Shown one piece after another: positions 41,412 to 49,412 of a stretch of 64,000 bases of DNA (the stretch's first letter is position 1; every line of letters starts with the position of its first letter). Below the pieces are notes generated by a model. That model saw nothing but the letters and a program-made list of their open reading frames with translations. It was not told where the DNA came from and ran no database searches. Origin of the DNA: Erysipelotrichaceae bacterium. GTDB lineage: Bacteria; Bacillota_I; Bacilli_A; RFN20; CAG-826. A program made the position numbers and the translations under genes. The DNA lies in NCBI GenBank assembly GCA_012837435.1, contig DURD01000011.1, forward strand, positions 4,024 to 68,023, written 5' to 3'.

Positions 41412-42260
41412 ATGTTGGTTAACATGAGTGAAATTTTAAAATACGCTGAGGAGCATAAATGTGCGGTTGGAATGTTTAATGCTACCGGATTCGATTCTAT
41501 ACAAGCCATTATTTCCGCGGCCGAAGAACTGAATGTTCCAGTAATTTTAGCGCACGCTGAGGTTCACAATATTTTTAATGATATTTCAATTGTCGCTCCT
41601 TCGATGATCGCGGCAGCTAAAAACGCTAAAGTCCCAGTCTGTGTGCACTTAGACCATGGCGTTTCGATGAATATAATCGACAGAGCAATTGATTTAGGAT
41701 TTACATCCGTGATGGTGGACGCATCCGATAAATCATTTGATGAAAACGTTGATATGACTAGAAAAGTGGTTAAAAAAGCCCATGCTAAAAATATTTCTGT
41801 TGAGGCTGAACTAGGTAGGATGCCAACAAACGAGGACGGCAGCATCGTTTTTGATAGACCGGAAAATTTTTATACTAACCCAGATGAGGCCGCTATCTTT
41901 GTTAAAAAAACAGGAGTGGACGCTTTAGCTATTGCATTTGGAACGACACATGGCTTTTACAAATCCACACCTAAATTAGATTTCAATGTTATTAAAAACT
42001 GCCGTGAAAAGCTCGATAAACTACCGCTCGTTATGCATGGTGGTAGTGGCGTTTCTGAAGAAGACTATCGTCAAGCTATAAAAGCGGGAATTAGAAAAAT
42101 AAATTATTATTCGTATATGTCTAGAGCAGGATATCTGAAAGCAAAAGAAGTCATCGAGTCTAATACAACGATGTATCTGCACGATGTCAATTATGCCGCG
42201 ATGAAGGCAATGAAAGAAAACGTTTTGACGGCCATGAAAATCATGTATAAAAGTGTATAG
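41412..42260 (+). CDS. Class II ketose-bisphosphate aldolase (FBA/tagatose-bisphosphate aldolase family)
   Basis: 282 aa. CAVGMFN, VHLDHG, MHGGSG motifs. Confidence 0.88.
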   Translation: MLVNMSEILKYAEEHKCAVGMFNATGFDSIQAIISAAEELNVPVILAHAEVHNIFNDISIVAPSMIAAAKNAKVPVCVHLDHGVSMNIIDRAIDLGFTSVMVDASDKSFDENVDMTRKVVKKAHAKNISVEAELGRMPTNEDGSIVFDRPENFYTNPDEAAIFVKKTGVDALAIAFGTTHGFYKSTPKLDFNVIKNCREKLDKLPLVMHGGSGVSEEDYRQAIKAGIRKINYYSYMSRAGYLKAKEVIESNTTMYLHDVNYAAMKAMKENVLTAMKIMYKSV

Positions 42261-42277
42261 AAGGTAGGTGGAAAAAT

Positions 42278-43171
42278 ATGATGAATAATATTAATCAGCA
42301 CATTTCGTTAACTAGATCGACTATCAATTGTGGTAAAGGTGATGGTTGCAAAATAATTACTATTGATAATGGGATATTGTCCATTGTTTTGGACGAATCA
42401 CACGGTCTTGATATTTATTCTCTCCGTTATGAAGGCAAATTGATATCGCTTTTAACATCGAATGGAATGGTAAAAGATTCGCCATTTTTAACGCAATTCC
42501 CTGGCGGAATGCTGTATACCTGTGGACTAGATGCGATTGGTTCTGTAGAAGGACATCGTCAACACGGAAACTTTCATATGACTCCCGCGGAAATCGTTCG
42601 TATTGACCACCAAGAAAACGAACTGACAATAGTTGCTAATATCAACATCACTGGTCTATTTAGTCCAATTGTTACCGTCGAAAGAACAATCAATATTAAA
42701 TATTTAGCGAACGATTTTAGTTTGGTTGATTTAGTCATTAATAAATCAGACGCTGACCAAGATATAGTGATGCTTTATCACTTCAATATGGGCTACCCAT
42801 TTATTGATGGCGATACACAACTACAAATTGGTTCCACAAAGATTAAAGGTGTTAACTCTTTTGCGGAAGCCCGAAAAGATAAGTGTCTTTTTTTAACAAA
42901 CGAATATGAGGAAGAGGAAGAAGTTTTTTATCACTACGACGCAAACGACGTCATCAAAGTAACTTCCAATTCTCAAAACTTGGTTTTTTCTCTGAAATAT
43001 GACAAAAACATTTTCCCAATTTTAACAGAATGGAAATGCCTTGTTAAAAACAACGTCGCTCTTGGTATCGAACCATCAATGAGTGAAATGGGTAAGAATT
43101 TAAGATATCGGTCTTTAAAGAAAAACGAAGTTCTTATGAATAGGTTTGAGCTGAAGATTGACAAAAAGTAA
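42278..43171 (+). CDS. DUF4432-like / aldose-1-epimerase-fold protein
   Basis: 297 aa all-beta protein with GLDIYSLRYEG and TCGLDAIG segments. This family commonly accompanies lyxose isomerase, kinase and aldolase genes. Confidence 0.55.
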   Translation: MMNNINQHISLTRSTINCGKGDGCKIITIDNGILSIVLDESHGLDIYSLRYEGKLISLLTSNGMVKDSPFLTQFPGGMLYTCGLDAIGSVEGHRQHGNFHMTPAEIVRIDHQENELTIVANINITGLFSPIVTVERTINIKYLANDFSLVDLVINKSDADQDIVMLYHFNMGYPFIDGDTQLQIGSTKIKGVNSFAEARKDKCLFLTNEYEEEEEVFYHYDANDVIKVTSNSQNLVFSLKYDKNIFPILTEWKCLVKNNVALGIEPSMSEMGKNLRYRSLKKNEVLMNRFELKIDKK

Positions 43172-43181
43172 TGCCTATTTC

Positions 43182-44243
43182 CTAGATCGTTTTAACAGAA
43201 TCTCTGCAAATTAATTTAACTGGAATTAATAGTGTAGTGATGTTCTGATTACCGTTTTGGATAACATCGAGCAACATCTTTGCCGCTTCATGACCAATCT
43301 TGAAAAAATTTTGTTCGACAGTAGTAATGGAATAAGCGTTTCTTGAACTATAAACAGCATTATCAAATCCAGTAACAGATATCTCGGGTATTTTTTGGTT
43401 ATATGATCTTAATTTTGTTAAAACATGCAGGGCAATAATGTCGTTTGCACAGACAATCGCTGTGGGTATTGAATCGTTTTTTAGTAGTTTTTCTACGCCA
43501 TCATAGATAGCCTTGGGATTATCGGATATCGATTCTGGAGTTCTTGAAAGAGTTATGAGATTGTCTCTATCAGTTTTTATACCATGTTCGTTTAATGCTT
43601 GCACAAAACCATAGTATCTTTCTTTGAGAACTGAGATACCGAAAGAAGAGATGTATGCAATGTTTCGATGGCCACACGATATTAAATACTGGGTCATTTT
43701 ATACATGCCTAATTCAGAATTTGATTTGACGACGTTGCAGTTTCTAACTGGCGAACGATCAAGAAATACGATGGGATAATTACTATTAACAAGTTTAGCG
43801 AAATAATCAGCATCTTTTGTTTGCTCAGATGGAAAAATAATGATGCCATCTGCACCGTCATTAATTACTTTTTCACAAACATCTTTTTCCGATAGTCCAT
43901 TAGAGATGTATGTGTTTGTTTTGATATTAGCACTTGAAATCGAATCATTGATACCCTCAACAATTTTAATGATTTCGGCGTTTGCGTTGATAATTACGAT
44001 AGCAACGACAATATTCTTCTTCGCGCTATATGTCGGGGCACCGTTATAAAACGTTCCCTTGCCTGCCACCTTATAAATAATCCCTCTTTTTACGAGTACG
44101 TCTAAAGCGTTTCTGATAGTTACCCTCGACACTTTATAGATATCAGTTAGCTCTTTTTCCGTAGGAATTTTACTATTTGGCGCATATTTTCCGGAATTGA
44201 ATTGTGAAATTAAATCGTTAACTATTTTTTTGTATTTTATCAT
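43182..44243 (-). CDS. AraR-type regulator (GntR winged-helix N-terminus plus LacI/PBP1 sugar-binding domain)
   Basis: N-terminal IPTEKELTDIYKVSRVTIRNALDVLV. The C-terminal 270 aa have the periplasmic-binding-protein type I pattern. Confidence 0.85.
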   Translation of the reverse strand: MIKYKKIVNDLISQFNSGKYAPNSKIPTEKELTDIYKVSRVTIRNALDVLVKRGIIYKVAGKGTFYNGAPTYSAKKNIVVAIVIINANAEIIKIVEGINDSISSANIKTNTYISNGLSEKDVCEKVINDGADGIIIFPSEQTKDADYFAKLVNSNYPIVFLDRSPVRNCNVVKSNSELGMYKMTQYLISCGHRNIAYISSFGISVLKERYYGFVQALNEHGIKTDRDNLITLSRTPESISDNPKAIYDGVEKLLKNDSIPTAIVCANDIIALHVLTKLRSYNQKIPEISVTGFDNAVYSSRNAYSITTVEQNFFKIGHEAAKMLLDVIQNGNQNITTLLIPVKLICRDSVKTI

Positions 44244-44279
44244 AACTTTTTCTTACCTAGAACGCTAGAAATCTAGCAT

Positions 44280-44387
44280 TGTATTAATTTCATAATAAAT
44301 TATACCAAAAAAATGGCAACAATAAGTCAAAATGTATTAAATTTTTTTTAAAAACTAATACAACTTTATAAAAAACTAATACAACTT
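44280..44387. promoter_or_regulatory. Candidate operator array in the divergent regulator/ABC-operon intergenic region
   Basis: TGTATTA at 44280 and 44333, and its complement TAATACA at 44356 and 44377. The 44333-44362 pair forms an inverted repeat. The 17-nt direct repeat AAAAACTAATACAACTT lies at 44350-44366 and 44371-44387 (21-bp period). Confidence 0.5.
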
Positions 44388-44448
44388 GCTTTAAATCAGC
44401 GGCAATTTGTTTTGTTTGGAAACTACTTTATTTTATAATGTTGGTAGC

Positions 44449-45366
44449 GTGATACAGAAAAAGGCTAATAAGTTTTTTAAGCGAACTTGGAACCAACGAT
44501 TTTTTTACATTTCGTCGTTCCCAGCTTTTGTTTGTTTGCTCTTGTTTTGCTATATCCCGATGGTAGGTGTTGTCATAGCCTTTAAGGACTTTTCTTTTAG
44601 AGATGGTATTTTTAACAGCGCTTGGGTTGGCTTTGAACATTTTAGAGCATTGTTTCAAGATCCAGAATTTTGGAGAGCAATCAGAAACACCATCGCTATC
44701 AATGTTCTGAAAATCATTTTTTGTTTCCCCTTCCCTATTATTTTTGCTATTTGTCTCAGCGAAATGAAAATCAAATGGGTTGCTAAAGTGAGTCAAACTC
44801 TTTCTTATCTACCTCACTTTATTCCATGGGTTATCGTTGCCGCTATTTTTACGAATATGTTAACTTCAAATGGTCTGGTTAACAATATACTCAACGGTTT
44901 TGGGATTGAGTCAATAAGTTGGCTGGAAAAATCTTGGTTTTTCTGGCCCTTGATGGTTATCACCGGCATTTGGAAAGAAATGGGCTGGAACGCCATTATA
45001 TACATGGCCGCACTTTCTAGCGTTAACCCTGAACTATACGAAGCTGCCGATACCGATGGGGCAAGCCGTTGGCAAAAAGTTAAATATGTAACAATTCCTG
45101 CTATCTTGCCGACCATCAAAATTACTTTTTTAATCACGCTTGCTGGTTTGTTTAATGCTGGCTTTGATCAAATCTATCTATTCCAAAATGGTTTAGTTAT
45201 GGATGTTGCTGAAGTTTTGGATACGTTCATTTATCGTTATGGCTTAAGCAAAATGATGTATTCATATTCTACTGCAGCAGGACTTTTCCAATCACTAGTT
45301 AACTTTACGATTCTAATCGCGGCCAATAAGATTTGTAAAAAAATGACAGGAAGCGGCATCTACTAG
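44449..45366 (+). CDS. ABC sugar transporter permease, LplB/YteP type
   Basis: About 6 TM helices and an EAA-loop region (YEAADTDGASRWQK). GTG at 44449 gives the usual N-terminal length; the track TTG at 44407 lies upstream of a TATAAT at 44434-44439. Confidence 0.85.
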   Translation: MIQKKANKFFKRTWNQRFFYISSFPAFVCLLLFCYIPMVGVVIAFKDFSFRDGIFNSAWVGFEHFRALFQDPEFWRAIRNTIAINVLKIIFCFPFPIIFAICLSEMKIKWVAKVSQTLSYLPHFIPWVIVAAIFTNMLTSNGLVNNILNGFGIESISWLEKSWFFWPLMVITGIWKEMGWNAIIYMAALSSVNPELYEAADTDGASRWQKVKYVTIPAILPTIKITFLITLAGLFNAGFDQIYLFQNGLVMDVAEVLDTFIYRYGLSKMMYSYSTAAGLFQSLVNFTILIAANKICKKMTGSGIY

Positions 45367-45374
45367 GAAATTAT

Positions 45375-46289
45375 ATGAAATTAAGAGAAGACATTAGAAA
45401 ATGGAGAAGAAAAAACACTATTGGTGAACGTATTTTTGACGTTTTCAATTTCTTCTTTCTCTTATTAATCGCTTTCGTCTCTCTCTTTCCATTCTGGCAA
45501 ATTTTAGCCCAGTCATTCAATGAACCATTAGATGCTATGAGAGGCGGAATATATTTCTTCCCCCGCGTTTGGGACACAGTGGCTTATGAAACTGTTTTCA
45601 AAAACGAAGCCATAGTAAATGCTTTATTAATTTCAATTCTTAGAACGGTGATAGGGACAATTGTTTCTATTACTGTCACTTCTTTATTAGCGTATGCTTT
45701 GTCAAAGCCATTCTTCAAATCGCGCAAAGTTTTATCTGTTTTTTGCTTAATTACGATGTTTTTCTCTGGCGGGATGATTCCGACATACATCACCATTTCA
45801 GAATTGGGGCTTATCGATAACTTCATGGTTTTCATTTTGCCTTCCGCTGTTAGTGTCATGAACATGATTATTTTAAAAACATTTTTTGAAAATATTCCTC
45901 CTGCATTTGAGGAAGCGGCACGTGTTGAAGGTGCTTCTTGGTTTAGAACGTTCTTCACAGTGGTTGTTCCTTTAGCCGCTCCTGCTATTGCCACTGTCGC
46001 ACTTTTCTTTGCGGTGGGGCAATGGTCAGCGTGGTTTGATGCTTACATCTATATTTTGGATGCCGATTATCTAACACCGTTGCAAACTCTCCTGATGAGG
46101 ATTATTAATCAAAATACCATCAGCGGGAGCGATATCACTGGTTCCAACACTGGCGGTACGATTACCGTCACTCCAGAAGCCATTAAAAACGCCACAATTA
46201 TTATTTCCACGATACCAATCTTCCTTATCACACCATTTGTACAGAAGTACTTTGTTAGAGGAATTATGATTGGTGGAGTTAAAGAGTAA
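45375..46289 (+). CDS. ABC sugar transporter permease, LplC/YtcP type
   Basis: 304 aa, 6 TM helices, EAA-loop EEAARVEGASWFRTF. Confidence 0.88.
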   Translation: MKLREDIRKWRRKNTIGERIFDVFNFFFLLLIAFVSLFPFWQILAQSFNEPLDAMRGGIYFFPRVWDTVAYETVFKNEAIVNALLISILRTVIGTIVSITVTSLLAYALSKPFFKSRKVLSVFCLITMFFSGGMIPTYITISELGLIDNFMVFILPSAVSVMNMIILKTFFENIPPAFEEAARVEGASWFRTFFTVVVPLAAPAIATVALFFAVGQWSAWFDAYIYILDADYLTPLQTLLMRIINQNTISGSDITGSNTGGTITVTPEAIKNATIIISTIPIFLITPFVQKYFVRGIMIGGVKE

Positions 46290-46300
46290 AGGAGATTTTT

Positions 46301-47917
46301 ATGAAAAAAAGAAAAATTATTTCCATCCTACCTGTATTACTATTCGTCTGTTGCTCTTTTTTAACGTCATGTAAACCAGAGACTCCAAACGACGACAACC
46401 TTTCTGAGTATGTGAGAACACAAAAAGAGAAGTGGTATATTGGTCCAAATAGAAAATTGTCATGGTACATCGGCATCAGTTGGTGGCCATACACAAATAG
46501 TTGGACGAGTTATCCTGTTCTCAATGAAGTGACTCAAATTACTGGTGTCACGCCAAAGACATCCATTGCCCAAGACGGAGATAATACTTCTTTAAAACTC
46601 CGTATGGCAAATGATAAATTACCAGATTTAATTACTATCGGCATCGATGACCCTTTAATTGAAATACTTATCGAAGAAGATTACGTCTATTCATATGATG
46701 AATTGATTGATCGATATTCAGAAGATTACGTGAATATGGAGACGTTCAAGTCGTGGTGCAGCGAAGACTTCTGGAAATGTACAGCGTGGCATACCGACAA
46801 TGAAAAACATGATGGAAAAATTTATGGCTTAAATTCCTTCTATTATCCACGAGTGGAAGACATTGGCCAATTCACGTTCAACGTGAGAGAAGATATTTAT
46901 GAAGCTATTGGTAAGCCAGATATGTCCACGGAAGAAGGCTTTTACAATGGGCTTAAGGCAGTCAAAGCAGCTTATCCTGATATGAAACCTTTAAGCTTGC
47001 CTGAATCCTGGTATTACTGGATTTTTGAAGAAGCTTTTGGCGTGAAGCCTTATTACGTAACAGAAGAGGGAGTTAAAATGAGAGTGAAAAATCCTGAATT
47101 TAAAAACGCTCTTCTCTATCTCCGCAAATTATATGCTGAAGGTCTTTTAGATCGTGACGTCTTCGTCAATTCTGATAAAACAAGCGAATTAGCGTCAGGC
47201 AAAATCTTCTGTTATCCAGTGACTTACTGGGATTTAGATAGTATCAATGCTGTTTTAGGCGATGGACATCGCTTTGTGGCCATCGAGCCACTAAGAGGCA
47301 ATGCAATTGGTGACGACGTTAGGTTCCAAGGTACTTCGAGAAGGGGTTGGACCACAACATTAATTTCTAAGAAATGCTCTGACCCAGAGGCCGCAATTAA
47401 GTTTGCTCAATACATGTTTTCTGAAGATGGCAATTTATTAGTCTGCTATGGTCATGAAAACGAACATTACAATTTAGTGGGTACTGATCAAATTGAAAGA
47501 ACGCCGGAAGTCATCGCTCAGAGAGATGCAAATTTGACCAAGTTTGAAAACGAGACAGGCATCTTCACTCAGAGACTATTTAATTACCCATACTACTTTG
47601 AGGTGCCTTCCACTAATCCCTACAAGGTAAATAATGTGGAAAAAGCATCGAGGTATGTTTACGACAATACTGTCTTTACTTATAAGATGACGCCTTCCTC
47701 TAAGACTAGACTGGGCGATATCTCATCTAAAGTTTGGGCAAAATACAATATTTTATTTCCGCAGATGGTAGTGGCAGAAACCGAACAGGCAGCTAGGGAT
47801 GCCCTAACATCTGCCATTACGGAAATGGAAAGAATTGGTTTAAGCAGTTTAGAAGATTATTGGACATCTCAATACAACAAAAACATTTTAGAATTTGGAG
47901 ACCCATTTGGGAAATAG
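46301..47917 (+). CDS. Large extracellular solute-binding lipoprotein (LplA type)
   Basis: 538 aa. Signal peptide with lipobox FLTSC. Size and context are typical of oligosaccharide-binding SBPs. Confidence 0.85.
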   Translation: MKKRKIISILPVLLFVCCSFLTSCKPETPNDDNLSEYVRTQKEKWYIGPNRKLSWYIGISWWPYTNSWTSYPVLNEVTQITGVTPKTSIAQDGDNTSLKLRMANDKLPDLITIGIDDPLIEILIEEDYVYSYDELIDRYSEDYVNMETFKSWCSEDFWKCTAWHTDNEKHDGKIYGLNSFYYPRVEDIGQFTFNVREDIYEAIGKPDMSTEEGFYNGLKAVKAAYPDMKPLSLPESWYYWIFEEAFGVKPYYVTEEGVKMRVKNPEFKNALLYLRKLYAEGLLDRDVFVNSDKTSELASGKIFCYPVTYWDLDSINAVLGDGHRFVAIEPLRGNAIGDDVRFQGTSRRGWTTTLISKKCSDPEAAIKFAQYMFSEDGNLLVCYGHENEHYNLVGTDQIERTPEVIAQRDANLTKFENETGIFTQRLFNYPYYFEVPSTNPYKVNNVEKASRYVYDNTVFTYKMTPSSKTRLGDISSKVWAKYNILFPQMVVAETEQAARDALTSAITEMERIGLSSLEDYWTSQYNKNILEFGDPFGK

Positions 47918-47921
47918 AGAT

Positions 47922-49412
47922 ATGAAAAAACGAATAGCCTTATCAATAACTGCATTTTTAGCTTTCGCATCCTTATCTCATACGCTTTTACACAGCAATT
48001 ATCAACCAGTTTCCGCGGCGGGTGGTACAGCATATGCTTCATATGGCACACCAACAATTGATGCTGATAAAGATGACCGTTACGATTTTTCATCTGTTAT
48101 TTCTTTGGGGGCTGAAAGTACAGCGAGATGCGACGTTTATGCTCTTTGGGATTACGATCATGTTTATGTATTTTCAAATATTTGGGACAAAACGCTTTCT
48201 CATATAGATAATGATGTTTTTGATGTCACTCCTTGGTATTCTGACTCGCTTGAAATATTTATTGACCGCACTTCATCGCGCTCCTCTAACACAAACATGC
48301 CATATGGCAACGTACAACTGAGAGTCGACCTTGACAATCGCCTCTCTGGGATGTGCAATGGTGTGATCTGGGCTGGTAAGGAAAACAATATCGAGTCACA
48401 AGTCGTCACTTCCGCTGCAAAGATATGGGACGACGGGACAGGATATTCTATTGAAATCAAAATTCCTCTCTCTATTGAATACAATGGCGTAACATACGCT
48501 CCGACTTTAAATCGTGGTGATGATGCCGCTGATAATCGAGGATCTGTCGGTTATGATTTAATGCTTAATAATGCTATTGACTCATCGACTAGACAAGATA
48601 CATATACATGGTCAGCTGGCGTCGGTGCTCCTGCTGGTTGGAATACACTCCGCTTCATGGATGAAGTGCCAGAAGAATTAAGAACGGCGAATATCGAAAA
48701 AGTTTTCATTCCTGCCAATTCAAACATTGCCGCGGGCGCTTACGCCTTTTCTGATACCGTCTGCGCCTTTGATAAATTCCTTTTTTACGCTCTCGATAAC
48801 AATATGGAAACCTATTCCCAGGGCTTATCAAAATTCTGGTCTTTAACTATCGATTATAGGTTTGAAGTCGAAATAGAGAAAATAGTAGTTAGAACTCACG
48901 CAGATGTTTACCCCACTAATTTCAAAGTCGAATACTACAATTCAAAATATTCTGAATGGGAAACTGTTTGGGATGTTGAAAACAATCCAGGCGTCGTGAT
49001 GACGTTAAATATCGAGGATCAAATTGGTCAATATTTTATCGATGGACCAACAATTACCACACGTTTTGTTAGATTTGTTCCTCACACCAATGTTTCTAAC
49101 GCGCAGATATCTTATTCTTATGCTCTTTATGAATTGCAAACATTTACTCCCGATAGAATTCAAACTGTGACAAGAGCGGCTACTCTAGATAGTCCAATTG
49201 ACGGCACAATTCCAGAGCCTCAAGGAACAGTAATAAACAACACACCAAGCGACGAAATAGTGGATGCTCCATATTCACCAAAAACTGTTTCATTACTCAG
49301 TAAAACAGACACGATTATGGGCTGGACTATTTTAGGCTTATCGATATCAGGACTAGGCATAGTCTTAGGTATCTGCTTATTTAAACATAAAAAAAGAAAG
49401 GAGATTAAGTAA
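47922..49412 (+). CDS. Surface protein: signal peptide, CBM9-like domain, discoidin (F5/8 type C) domain, C-terminal TM anchor
   Basis: YGTPTIDADKDD...CDVYALWDYDHVYVF...DSLEIFID is CBM9-like. IEKIVVRTHADVYPTNFKVEYYN...FVRFVPH is discoidin-like. Ends WTILGLSISGLGIVLGICLFKHKKRKEIK. Confidence 0.75.
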   Translation: MKKRIALSITAFLAFASLSHTLLHSNYQPVSAAGGTAYASYGTPTIDADKDDRYDFSSVISLGAESTARCDVYALWDYDHVYVFSNIWDKTLSHIDNDVFDVTPWYSDSLEIFIDRTSSRSSNTNMPYGNVQLRVDLDNRLSGMCNGVIWAGKENNIESQVVTSAAKIWDDGTGYSIEIKIPLSIEYNGVTYAPTLNRGDDAADNRGSVGYDLMLNNAIDSSTRQDTYTWSAGVGAPAGWNTLRFMDEVPEELRTANIEKVFIPANSNIAAGAYAFSDTVCAFDKFLFYALDNNMETYSQGLSKFWSLTIDYRFEVEIEKIVVRTHADVYPTNFKVEYYNSKYSEWETVWDVENNPGVVMTLNIEDQIGQYFIDGPTITTRFVRFVPHTNVSNAQISYSYALYELQTFTPDRIQTVTRAATLDSPIDGTIPEPQGTVINNTPSDEIVDAPYSPKTVSLLSKTDTIMGWTILGLSISGLGIVLGICLFKHKKRKEIK

